This document shows, piece after piece, positions 52,791 to 64,000 of a DNA stretch of 64,000 bases. The translations under genes and the position numbers were made by a program. Below the pieces are notes generated by a model that was given only the letters and a program-made list of their open reading frames with translations, had not been told where the DNA came from and ran no database searches. Every line of letters begins with the position of its first letter. Position 1 is the first letter of the stretch. Origin of the DNA: Podarcis bocagei (taxonomy: Eukaryota); NCBI GenBank assembly GCA_964188305.1, contig OZ076889.1; one strand, written 5' to 3'.

Positions 52791-53486
52791 CAACATCCTC
52801 TGGTACAGGTTGCAATTCCTACACATTAGTTCTGGAACAGCAGGCTGGATGTGTGGGCAGGTATGTATGTAAATTATTTGACTCTCATGAGTTAGGGATG
52901 AAATGTGCCTAATACTAATTAATGTCTATTGTATTAAAATCCTGAAAAGCAACCAAACTCCCAACAACTTCCTAATGATCAACTGATTCATACTTAATAG
53001 AGAGACAGCTGCTGTTGATAGTTATTTCCATTCTCAGTAGGGCAGCTCATACCACACCTGCATTTTCTCTTTTACAAGAAGAGCTGTGCTATTCTATAAA
53101 ACTTCACACACTTCCACTTCACTGCAGTGCTAATGAAAAGGAGTGAACTTTCATACCATTCAATTGATAGACTTGTTTCATTGCATACTTTATTTTACGG
53201 GTATATGCTCAACATATTGCATATACCTGGTCTGTGTCACTGAGCCTTTGGAGGATAAATAAGATGGAGGTGGTATCTTCCACCTTTGACCTCCAAGTTA
53301 ACTAGTACAACATCAACATATATTTGAGCTCTGGGGAAATATCACAATGGTCTAGAAGCATTCCCTTTCCAGGCTTCCCATCAGGTTGGATACTGCTTTT
53401 AAGGGTTTGTGCCTGGTGTTGGACACTAGGGACAAAGTGGGACTGTTGTTGGGGTGCGGCCCACCCTGCTGCCCAATAGTCTACAC

Positions 53487-53622
53487 CAGGCATCCCCAAC
53501 CTGTGGCCCTCCAGATGTTTTGGCCTACAACTCCCATGATCCCTAGCTAACAGGACCAGTGGTCAGGGATGGTGGTTATTGTAGTCTAAAACATCTGGAG
53601 GTCCAAAGGTTGGGAATGCCTG
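53487..53622. mobile_element. Short palindromic hAT-Charlie/URR1-like MITE
   Basis: caggcatccccaac...gttgggaatgcctg, internally palindromic. 8-bp TSD gtctacac/gtccacac. Degenerate relatives lie near 5510, 11480, 27060, 36900, 55630 and 63870. Confidence 0.82.
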
Positions 53623-55136
53623 GTCCACACAAAAGAGAGGAATGACTATATTCAAAGCAAGCCAACATTCAACTCTGAAATACTGTAATTTAGAAATCAT
53701 AGGTTTCATTCACAGGAAGTTTCTAAAGACATTATGGTCTCATGATTTCTACTTTTCAAAAAGAAATATGAAAAGAAACATTTCATCAGTAGGCTTAGCC
53801 TAATTTCATTATTTCCCTTAAAATTAAAATAAATGGATAAATGATTTCCCTCTCATTTGCAGTTAATTTTCCCCAAGACATACAAAGCTACTCGGGACAG
53901 ACTTAAGTAGCCTTGTTTACAGCAGACAAACCACTCCACCGTAGACTTGCAGCTACTGAACACTTTGAAATGCTTTGCTCGGTACTGGCCATCATCCAAG
54001 AACATAGACTGGGCTACAGAGGCTATTAGTCTGACACAGTACATCAGGTTGAATGTCTGAGGTAGAGAAGGCTCGCCCAACTTCCACAAATTATGTTCGG
54101 AAACATTAACTGAACTATCTTTTTTCTGTTTCCCATCCATCATTTGGACTTCAATTCGCATCCAACTGTAATGAGCTGGATAGGAAAGGGTTCAGCAACA
54201 GCAATTCTAAGTTTAAATTATAATTTATTCACAGGCAGCAATGAAGACCAACATAACCTTACTTTATATGACATACTTTTAGACTTGTGTGCAATTTTTA
54301 CAATAACATTCTGCCCCGAAATGATAGGTGTCTTTAAACAGAACTAGCCAGGTGCCACTTAGCTTTATTTTGGCTTTAAAGTTCAGCAATTTTAAGTTCA
54401 GCATAAGGAGGATTGCAAAATAGCATGGAAAACTTACTTCCTACAACTATGAGTGAGCATAAGCTTGAACAAAATATGGGAACGTACTCAGATACACACA
54501 TATGAAATAATAGTGTAAAGAAAAAAAAGATCCCATATATCAGAATTCTAATTTACTGTGCTCCTCATATTCTGGTTGATCACGAGTCCTAAATTACACT
54601 TAAATACATAAATAGCTTTCAGTTTAGGACTGCTATAGATCAGCGACTTCAATGAATTTTCTGTCATTTTTTCCTCACTTCTTACTAGTCTGCCAACTGT
54701 GTTTCCTGCAGGGGAAACAGGTCTACAATCCACCTCTGAGCACAGGGATCTTTATTAGAAAGCTAGTAAATCAAAGGTATGTCCCCACCATTTTTCATAA
54801 TTAAATGTTTTATCTTATCATAATCTAAAAATTGCCTTTTCTCCCACACTGCACATAAGCCAGGATGAAAGCTTTCCAAGTGCTATACAGCCTCTCTGCT
54901 AGGAAATAAAATAACATGAAAAATGCCCTTCTAGGCAGTGCTCTCTGGATTCCCAAAAAAGGAATTGTGCATCACAACTGTTCTATTTACAAAAATAGTT
55001 AAAAGCACAACATGTTACTGTTCACTATTTGTTGCTCTTCCATATTAGTCTGCTAGAGGCTCACCTAACATTACTACCAAGCAAACTCCATTGCTTCAAA
55101 GGAACTTGTAGCAGTGTCTGACTGGGGCATACCTCA

Positions 55137-55146
55137 CCATATTAGG
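55137..55146. promoter_or_regulatory. Perfect CArG box (SRF site) CCATATTAGG
   Basis: Matches CC(A/T)6GG and is identical to the c-fos SRE core. Lies in the intron upstream of the M20 first exon. Confidence 0.5.
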
Positions 55147-56345
55147 TAGTCCGATCCCAGAAAACAAAAAGCTACTGCAGGCACACATAAAAGACTTTGC
55201 TCTTGGAGAACACCATGACAGTAAAGCAGAGAAATGAATGGAAGATTTTATGGAAGGTCTGTAGGAGTAGCAGTGTGATGGGGCGGGGGGGGGGGGACTT
55301 TCCGCTAAACTGTTAAGTGCATGATGAGAACAGAAGGTGTAGCACCTTTGTAACAAAGCAAGTGTTAAATATACAAGAGATCAGCACAAGCCTGCAACTC
55401 ACCTTTAAAGCTGAAATATTAGCATAGATATTTCACTGAATTCTCAAAAAGAACTAGAAAAACACCAACAAATTTAAGATCGTGAATTTGAACCAATCAG
55501 GTGATCAGCAACTCACGCCACAGGACAGGTGAATTCCAACTACATAATTTCCAAACACATCCAGTTTCAGTTTGTATTCCTAGCATGTTCTTTACTGCAA
55601 GTACAGGAAACATGTAACCCTCCATAGACTGCTTGCCTCCCTCTCCCATCAGTCCATGTTAGCATGGCTAATGGTCAGGAATGCTGGGAGCTGGAGTTCA
55701 ACAACATTTGGGGGATGAACCCATCCCTGCTTTAGCAGATGGATGCTCTACAATTTTTATGTCACCTGTTGCAACCACAGAATTATAAACTGGATTGTAT
55801 CAAGCATTGCACAAGCAGAAGTTCACATGTACAACTTTTCCACATTTTTGAAACAAGCTGTTACAGATTTACATTTTTAGTGTGTTTACCTTTAATAGAT
55901 TAAGTTAGATTTACTTTTCATAACAGCCTCATAGTAGCATTTTTTTACACACACACAAACCACCCTCAAATCAAGCCAGCTTCTGTGCTAGTACTTAGCT
56001 TTCTGTCCATCTGGCAGGTTCTAACAGTACATATAATTCCATGTGAGGTTCACACAAGATCAACATCTGGCCAAATTATTACAGTTAGAGGAAAAAATTC
56101 AAAATGAGTCCCAACCAAAAAAAAAATATGATTTCAGCAAGACTACCCAACTGTTGTTTATTTATCTCACTTCTAACATCAAATATCTTTGAAAAGCTTA
56201 TTTGAAGGAAGAAATGCTGCACTATTATTTGTTTTAAGAGAAGCAATTTTCAGTCCAAATTTATTAAGAATCCCAATTCCTCTTACTGGAAGTTCTTACA
56301 TAAAGTTATTAGTTTCTCACTTCATACTTTGATAGCTGCAGAACA

Positions 56346-56362
56346 TGCTCCCTCTAGTGGCA
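56346..56362 (-). promoter_or_regulatory. CTCF-like motif TGCCACTAGAGGGAGCA
   Basis: Close match to the CTCF core consensus. Binding is untested. Confidence 0.45.
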
Positions 56363-56920
56363 ATTCTGCTATGTGATTTGGTCATTCAGTGATGTCCTAA
56401 ATCATTAAATCATATCAAAATCATTTTTGGCAGAGCCAGCAGTACTTATGAAAACATGACATCAGATAACTTTCCAAAAGTGCCCCTGCATTTCATCCTA
56501 ATACATTTGCACTGCTTTGATACTATTCCCTGCAGCATCTTCCATGTCCTTTGCCCTGACAGTCTCATTGTGCCCATCCTTCCATTTAATGTGGTTGGCT
56601 GCAGCAGCCTATGAGATTTTTGTCAATGATGTCATGATGGTCTGATGAAACACCATCATGGATGTTCATGAACAAAACCATGTGTGACTATAGCCAAATG
56701 GATTAATGGCAGTCTGGGCAGATGAAGCCAAGAACCATAAGCATGACTAAGTGATCTTGCAACACAAAAGAGCACAGATAATTTTTATCAGTTCCAACTT
56801 TGAAACTGTCCTCTCACTAAACATAACAGGTACAACTAAAGTGAGAGTAATGTGAAGTACTACACATAAATTGATATAAATACCTTGACTATTACACTTA
56901 TGAAGCTCTGCATTATTCTA

Positions 56921-57289
56921 AAACGGTAAAGGTACCCCTGACTGTTAGGTCCAGTCATGGACGACTTTGGGGTTGTGGCGCTCATCTCACTTTACTGGCC
57001 GAGGGAGCCCGCGTTTGTCTCTTCCGCAGACAGTTTCTGGGTCATGTGGCCATCATGACTAAGCTGCTTCTGGCGAACCAGAGCAGTGCATGGAAATGCC
57101 GTTTACCTTCCTGCCGGAGCGGTAACTATTTATCTACTTGCACTTTGACATGCTTTCGAACTGCTAGGTGGGCAGGACCAGGGACCGAGCAATGGGAGCT
57201 CACCCCATCGCGGAGATTCGAACCACTGACCTTCTGATCAGCAAGCCCTAGGCTCTGTGGTTTAGACCACAGCACCACCTGCGTCCCTG
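56921..57289 (+). mobile_element. Full-length Sauria SINE
   Basis: Same family as 48388-48736. TSD tgcatt(a/t)ttcta at 56909-56920 and 57290-57301. Confidence 0.9.
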
Positions 57290-57330
57290 TGCATTTTTCT
57301 AGAGATTGATTATATAACAAAACAAAAAAA

Positions 57331-57717
57331 TCATGATCTGAGACAGCAACTCTGCTGAATCATTCTCTCTCTCTCAAGGAGCAAAAATACATCTTTGCAG
57401 TCCTTTCCAATGTTATCATCTTCCATTTTAGCCAAATATTTAACATCAACTATCAATTCATACTTTTCCTTCAACTGCAACATTTGCTTAAACCTGTTAC
57501 CTAGGTGAGCAATTGTTTCATCTACCATAACATTAAATAATGCTGTGCAAAATTTAGCTGTAGGATCAAGAATGAGGTCATCTGTTCTTTTGCCTAGGGA
57601 AAGTTTGCATTTCTTTCTCACATGTTGCTCAGGGAATGTTATCTCCACTACTGATGTGGATGGGCCTGCCTTAAGTGGAGAATGGCCCTCTGCCAGTGAT
57701 TTTGTAGAAAAGAGCAT
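57331..57717 (-). mobile_element. Degenerate hAT transposase fragment
   Basis: The ORF segment FNVMVDETIAHLGNRFKQM resembles the F-x-x-x-x-D...L-x-x-RF motif of hAT transposases. Based on motif recall only. Confidence 0.45.
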
Positions 57718-58323
57718 GCTTGCCTATAATGCTGCTGAAAGAAAGCATAATGAGACTGACAGACTATAAAAGAAGCAGGCAGAATTTTGTACAATAATTT
57801 GAGGACACCTAAATTCTATCAAAGGGGGGAAAGTTACAGCCATCTTGGGATTTCCCTTATTAGTAAGTAGGGCAGGCACAAAGCTTCACTTTTTCCAAAC
57901 TGGAATTTGGATTATGACACAACCAGTCAGTCTCCAAAGCATTTCAGATCAAGTCTTGTATATTTCTGAAGCACTGAATTGTGGTTCAAACCTAACTTGG
58001 TGGTCAATGCGCACCTCGAATTTTAGCACAAACCTAAGTACCTTTTCGCTTGCTTTTGACACACTGAACACACTGAAAAATATCCTACAGTCCAATGAAC
58101 AAGAAAAAGAGCTACAGAATTATATTACTTTAAAGTAATGATAATGCAACAAGAAGAGAATACTAGGCCTATTGCTAGATTCAGGTACAAACTCCAGAAA
58201 AACATTTCAAAGCGCACTTTCACGTACATATTCTCAAAATGCAAATGAACTGAGAACTATCCTGTGGCCAAAGATTCATAAGAATGAACAAATACACATA
58301 TATGCTTTAGATTGTTCACTTAC

Positions 58324-58365
58324 CCTGTCCTCTTTCACTTCTTCAGTACCATCCATCTCATCATC
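58324..58365 (-). CDS. PPP1R12B: PPP1R12B coding exon, DDEMDGTEEVKEDR
   Basis: Acceptor tttcctag, donor AGG|gtaagt; 42 nt, phase 0-0. Resembles mammalian MYPT2 DEDETDGSEEVKE (recalled). Confidence 0.9.
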
Positions 58366-59109
58366 CTAGGAAATCAAAAGGAGGGGAAAAGAAATAATAC
58401 CATGAACATTTCAAATGAAGCACTGGTTTCCTATATATTTGTAGTAAGAAAGGTTTAGGTAGCAAGACACAATACTTTAAGATATCTATCTATACAAAAT
58501 ATCTTAACAGAAAGTAGAAGACTATACAGTTTGGAAGCTTCTAATAATTAATCCTTGAAACCATGCACCACCATATAAATTACTGCTTCAGTCAAACAGA
58601 ACAGAAAAACAGTGAGTTTCATCATCATGGGATGCAATCATGTTCCCTAAAAGTAACTTGCTTTTTAGAAAAGAAAGAAATAAAGTATTTGAAAAATATT
58701 ACAAGCAGGGTCAATTCAGATATTGACAGTGCCTTCACACCACAGTAAACTATGGTTAGCGCATGAGTTACAGCAAACCTTCAGGTTCATGAGCAGCCTC
58801 ATGCAACTGGAGGGCATTTGTTGAAGGTCACTTTCATTTTTAAAGAATGTATGCCATTTTGTGTGCTTTATGTACTGTACTGAACTGATCTGAGCATTAA
58901 AATATTTACCAGAACAAGAGCTGGGAGTCTGAGGGCCAGGACAGTGATTGCTGACTCATTTACATTTTAAATAGCATTGAAACAGTATTCTCATTTTCAC
59001 AGATGGATCTTGCACTTCCAGTTTAGATTTTGCCTCCCTAGCAATTGGTATGTGCAACTTGGTTAATTTTTCATCCGCCTTCAATTCCACCAGGAATGTC
59101 ATTACTTAC

Positions 59110-59222
59110 ATCCTTTGTAAAGAAAGAGATCCCTGTGCCTCTTCGTCTCTCTTTCGGCCGCCTCCTCTCTCTAACCGACTGCTTGTTTGAAGTTCTGTCA
59201 TCCAAATCCTGATCTTCATATT
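59110..59222 (-). CDS. PPP1R12B: PPP1R12B coding exon, (E)YEDQDLDDRTSNKQSVRERRRPKERRRGTGISFFTKD
   Basis: RERRRPKERRRGTG is the MYPT2 motif at the second phosphosite region. Acceptor ggacag, donor GAT|gtaagt; 113 nt. Confidence 0.95.
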
Positions 59223-60051
59223 CTGTCCAAAGAAATATAGTTTTAGCTATAAATAGCCTGGTAAATTGATTTACCAATACCATGGAAACATTTTCAAATT
59301 AAGGCAAATTAATACCAACATAAAGATTTCCATTCTAAACACTTTACAATTTATATTATTATTTTTTTAATTTCAAAGACCAAGCAGTGGATCCTCCCTA
59401 AAGCAGATGTACTTTAATATGATGTGAAGCCATTAGCTCAAAGAAACATTCAACTGAGATTAACGTGATTCTTCAGGAGGGGCTCAAATTCCTAGAGGTG
59501 TTATTTCATTGCTTTTTTTTATTTAAAAAATGTTTTTATTAAAAGATTTTCCATAAGTAACAAGAGTACATTCAGTGTCTCTATTTCCAAATCATATTTT
59601 CATACCCATCAAATACTGTCAATTTGAGACATTTATGTTGTAGGCAATGAGGGGGTAAGAGAAGTGGGGGAGGGAGAGGGAAGAAAGTAAAGGAGAAGGG
59701 GGGTGAGAGAGACTAAACTTTCCTTCTCCACAGAGTATACGAGTGGTGCTTTTTTTGTCAGCATCATGTGGATAGGTGTCTTATTTTTGCTGGTGGAGTG
59801 AGAGATCAGAGGGCCCAGGGCATGGTGGGTTGCAGTTGATACTGGCTTTGTTAACCCAGACAAAGAAGATTCAGCATTCCAAATACTATATATTGTAATA
59901 TATTGTACTATATATTAAGGGTGAAGAAGCTTTCCTTGGGTATTCTTCAATTTTCTTAGTCAAGTATGAAGTATAGTATTACACAGTCACTATCTGGTAC
60001 AAAAACAAACTCAAAAGATTTGTACAATATTGTAATTACAATAGTAAATAC

Positions 60052-60235
60052 CATTTTTCTCCATGTCAGCAGCAGATGTGCTTTGGAAGTCTGATGGGTT
60101 CACAGAATCAGAATATACAGATCTACTTGTCCTGGGAAGGTGAGAACTTGAATAAAGATAAGGAGCTAATGAAGGAGAGATGGGGCTTGTGGGTTTGTCT
60201 TGCTGCGCCGAGCCCCTCAATCGTTGACCAACAGA
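60052..60235 (-). CDS. PPP1R12B: PPP1R12B coding exon, SVGQRLRGSAQQDKPTSPISP...AADMEKN(E); contains the candidate HS-M21 start Met (ATG at 60062-60064)
   Basis: Acceptor tgtctttcag, donor G|gtattt; 184 nt and in phase with both neighbours. Ser/Pro-rich like the MYPT2 central region. Confidence 0.88.
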
Positions 60236-61410
60236 CTGAAAGACAAATGAGCAGAATTAATGACTTAATAAGAAGATAATTAACAGCTAGCAAAGTACAA
60301 GTTTTCTCCTCAATCTTTAATCATACTCTGTTAATGGAGTTAGACTATAGAAAGGTTCATTCCATTCTGATTTAGGGTGGCTATAAAGAACAAGAATGAT
60401 CATTTGAGATAGGAGACAAAGGTTATTTTACTTATAATAATGATAGTGTGAAAAAGAAGATTTAAAATCTATCTTTGTTCATAATGATTTCAGAGACAGA
60501 AAAACATAGATCATCTAGTGTCTAGGGGTGAAGACACTCCCCCCCACTGCAACACAACTTTGTACTGTCACCCTGTCACCTTGTGGTCAAAATCTGTATG
60601 TATCCCAATCTTGCGAATGATTCCACGTGTGTTTAGACGTGGATTAGCAGATTCAGGAAACCTAGTTTGAGTCATGCCCAACAAGAACCATTCCTACAAT
60701 CTAAATGCAAGAGAAACCATTTAAAAGCCTACAGATATGAGCACATCTCCAAAACTATCATAAAAATTGCCTTGTGGTTTAAGGGAAAAAGAAAAAAATG
60801 ACTGTATGGTCAGAGAATCTACATTAGGTAGTATCATCTCACAGTTGTAGACAAAGATGAAAATCATTTGTCAGTTAAAAATATTACAACCCTTGAAAGT
60901 CTGTATGGAAACTATTTAAAATGACATTTATTAAGTTCTATCATCTAGACATGCCCTTCAAATGTTAATAAAACGACAACACTGCTAATACAGCTTTCTG
61001 ATTAGTTACAGTTCAAGTATTTGGAAAGAACAAATATTCATTTTGAACACTCAGCATGATTTTCTCATTACACTTTGTATTCCTTTACACTTATAGGTTT
61101 TCTTTATTGTTGGGCATAATAAATGAATGGTGAAGTGGAAAGCAAAGCAACATCTGACAGCTACAGTGCTTACGTTCAAAAAGTGGATCCAATCTTCCCT
61201 AATACCTTTAAAGCAGAATAATTAAAAACCTGGTGCTCATTTCAAGCCATAAAAACATTTTGAAAAAAGGTAGCTGGACACAGAATCATAGAGTTGGAAG
61301 GGACTCTAAGAGGATTGTCTAGTCCAAGCCCCTGCAATGCAGGAATATGCAGATGTCTCATTCAGGGATCAAACCTGTAACTTTGGCATTACTACAATAG
61401 TTTTACTCAC

Positions 61411-61602
61411 CTCTTCATCCAAGTTTCTGTTCCATCGTGAGCGGGTCTCCCCAGGTTCCCTTGCTGCAGTCTGTGCCTGCCTCTCACGGTCTTCCTCAGT
61501 TGCTTCAGTTCTTTCCAATTTTTCACTTGGCTGTTCGGGCCGCTCTGTCCGAGATCGGCTAAAGGTTTTCTCTGCCTCCTGAAGATCTGTAAGTGTTACA
61601 CC
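61411..61602 (-). CDS. PPP1R12B: PPP1R12B coding exon, GVTLTDLQEAEKTFSRSR...RWNRNLDEE
   Basis: GVTLTDLQEAE is the conserved MYPT motif that follows RRSTQ. Acceptor tttcccag, donor GAG|gtgagt; 192 nt, phase 0-0. Confidence 0.96.
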
Positions 61603-61640
61603 CTGGGAAATGGGAGAAAGTCAAGTCTATTATACCTATA

Positions 61641-61866
61641 CAGTGGAACCTCGAGTTGCAGACGTAATCCATCCCGGAGGCACGTCCACAACTTGAAGCG
61701 TTTGCATCCAGAAATGCCACGTCTGCGCACGCACACAGCACGATTTAGCGCTTCTGTTCATGCGCAAGCGGCAAAACCTGGAAGTAACCGTTCTGGTACT
61801 TCCAGGTTGCTGCGGGACACAACTTGAAAAGTAACCATGAAGCAGACGCAACATGATGTATGACTG
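61641..61866. mobile_element. Tigger-like (Tc/mariner) non-autonomous element
   Basis: ta|cagtggaacctcg...actg|ta with TA flanks. CpG-rich interior. Confidence 0.65.
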
Positions 61867-62458
61867 TATTTGTTAACATTACACCTCTTACACTGAATCC
61901 ACAGCTCAACACAAATTATATTACCTTTGCCACAAAGCCCAAGCTCAGCCAATTTCTAATTATAGGTCAGACCCAGTGGCATGAAAGTTAGCAATCACCA
62001 CTTTAATATATCAATCAGCTTAAAAGAAGGAAGAAATGATAAATACAGAATCACAAACATCAGTGGTTGATAATGTCATTGTATAGCAGATACAGAGATG
62101 TTTTTAAGAGAGAACATTACAATGCAACATTGCTACCCATGGACAACGCTTTCCTTGAGCATTCTTCCATTAAGAAAAAAAAATCATAATCTCCTTTTAC
62201 AGGAGCTTTTACAGACCAATTTATTTGTCTCTCAAATGTATAATATGGAAGTAATTCCCTTCTTTGGAGATTCACAGGTGTGTGATCTTGGATGTCTTCC
62301 AGAAATAATGCAACTTCATTCAAAAGGATAACTCAGCAATGAAGTGTGAGTGGGGAAGTGTTAGGCATCTTCACAGGATGCATTAAATAATTCTACTTAT
62401 ATAATTATTTTTTAAATAGCCCACATCTAACAGGCCATAAAGATTTATTGTTCCGTAC

Positions 62459-62549
62459 CTGTGTAGATCTACGAGTCTGGCGAGCTTGCCTGGATCGTGC
62501 CTTTCTTAGAGATTCTGCTTCTTCATCCCGGACAGGAGTCAGATATGAC
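62459..62549 (-). CDS. PPP1R12B: PPP1R12B (MYPT2) coding exon, (R)SYLTPVRDEEAESLRKARSRQARQTRRSTQ; 5'-most exon found in the window
   Basis: Translation matches the MYPT2 motif (EAESL/QTRRSTQ rather than MYPT1 ESESQ/QSRRSTQ). Acceptor ctttcttttag, donor CAG|gtacgg; 91 nt. Contains the RRST inhibitory phosphosite equivalent to MYPT1 Thr696. Confidence 0.96.
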
Positions 62550-62649
62550 CTAAAAGAAAGGGACAGAATGGATATATATATATATATAGGCAAATTAAGA
62601 TTTTATGCCTTTTCATATAGGTTGTTTTGCTCACGTATCCAAGTTCCTC

Positions 62650-62776
62650 ACATAGAATCATAGAGTTGGAATAGACCACAAGGGCCATCGAGTCCAACCC
62701 CCTGCCAAGCAGGAAACACCATCAGAGCACTCCTGACATATGGTTGTCAAGCCTCTGCTTAAAGACCTCCAAAGAA
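62650..62776 (-). mobile_element. CR1 LINE 3' end fragment
   Basis: catagaatcatagagttggaa...agtccaaccccctgcc is the CR1 3' terminus in antisense. Confidence 0.75.
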
Positions 62777-64000
62777 ATGCATAGAAGAAACCTACTAACA
62801 ATACCACCTTATAACTAAGTTATTTCAAGATGATTGATTTATATCAGCTGTTTTATTTGGGCATAGCCGCCCACAGTTATGCAACTCTGTCTTACACTGA
62901 GATAACCAAAACGGAATTAAAATTTAGAATTCATGTCTAGGGTTAGAAGGAATCCTGCTGTGTTCTAAAATTTCAAAAAGAAATAATCCCTGTGGGAGTC
63001 TAATCCTACAAGCAGTGGCACAGAACACTTTTGAACAAGTTCAAAAGCATGGGTCCCAGTACTGACAGGACTCCACGTAAGCTCTTTTATGGCACATAAT
63101 CAATTATTTTAGTTTATAATTGAGTTGTACAAGAGAGCTAGATCAAATATGCATTTGGATTGTTTGAATTAGAAATGCACAGAAGGGTCTCATCAATAAA
63201 CCATTAAGTATGCTGTGGAAATCAAGCCAAAGCCATTGTTTTCAAAATTAGCACCTCAATGATATTCTGGTCATACTCTTGTGTAACTCAAATAGCAGAG
63301 ACACAAAAAAGTAATGAAGAAGTGCTTGATTCTCTACATCTGCACCCTGCTTGCATGGGTCTCTCTCCCCCTCCAAAAATAAGCCTGAAAAAAGCGAAGT
63401 GTGCCTTCTTTCTTTCCCTAAGAATAGCTCCTCTTTCCACATCAAAAACAAGTGGTACTGAAGTACTGTGATGGGAAAGTCACCAGAATCCGTCTGGTTA
63501 AGGCATCTGAACCAGGGGCTATGGCTTGTTTCTCTACAAACCAGAAGCAGTAGCCATGGTTTGCTCTCAACTTACTGCTTGGAGAGAAATAAACCACAAC
63601 CTCAAGTTCAGATATCACAATAAATGAGATTGTAGCTTCTTTCTCTGAGGTGTGGCAGCTGTAGAAATGGGAGATGAATGGAGCGAAAACCTTTCAGCGG
63701 AATGCACAAGTGATCTACCCTTCCACATTAAAACATGGTTTGTTTGTTTTTAATATGGTTTAGTGTAATGTGCAAACCAGGTCTGTGTAACAGCGTAGGA
63801 TGCAGAATTTTAGGCATGAAGGCAGTTGTTAATGCTCACTAAAGGCACTATACATGCAAGTCTTTGCCAAACTGGTGCCATGAGATGTTTTGCACTACAA
63901 GACTCATCAGTCTCAGCCAGCATGGACGATGGCCAGGGAGTATTGGAGCTGTAGTCCAAAACATCTGGAAGACACCAGGATTTGGCAAAGGCTGCTATAC

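Noticed and set aside
55403-55410. ttcag|CTTTAAAG|gtgagt as an 8-nt microexon
   Set aside because: It has a weak pyrimidine tract, would frameshift, and has no homology support.
7705-57289. All four Sauria SINE copies lie on the + strand (antisense to the gene)
   Set aside because: The sample is too small to infer an orientation bias.
1-64000. Prokaryotic-type systems (CRISPR arrays, operons, defence islands) and the remaining short ORFs
   Set aside because: The sequence is spliced vertebrate DNA. No regularly spaced repeat-spacer array was seen, and the 60-130 aa ORFs are at chance level with no recognisable domains.

Overview
This is vertebrate genomic DNA, not prokaryotic. It comes from a squamate, probably a lacertid-type lizard, judged from several Sauria SINEs. 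The window holds the 3' half of PPP1R12B (MYPT2, myosin phosphatase targeting subunit 2) on the minus strand. I reconstructed 13 coding exons from GT/AG junctions that stay in phase. They include the RRSTQ|GV inhibitory phosphosite exons, an internal alternative first coding exon for the smooth-muscle M20/M21 subunit (44.6 kb), a 17-nt microexon, and two alternative C-terminal exons (leucine-zipper-negative at 19.3-19.4 kb, leucine-zipper-positive at 14.0 kb). A putative ~6 kb 3'UTR follows. Positions 1-4.66 kb may be the 3'UTR of a convergent + strand gene (SYT2 by synteny, inferred only). The introns carry typical squamate repeats: Sauria and tRNA-derived SINEs, L2, RTE, CR1, hAT and Tc/mariner MITEs, and a solo LTR. 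The most striking structures are two independent fold-back insertions derived from Penelope-like elements: 35.36-36.35 kb with 478-bp arms inside a (TA)n tract, and 29.78-30.0 kb with a TSD. Each places a minimal hammerhead-ribozyme motif in the sense strand of the host pre-mRNA, downstream of an antisense copy (complete in the large insertion, partial in the small one). Most entries in the supplied ORF track are spurious.
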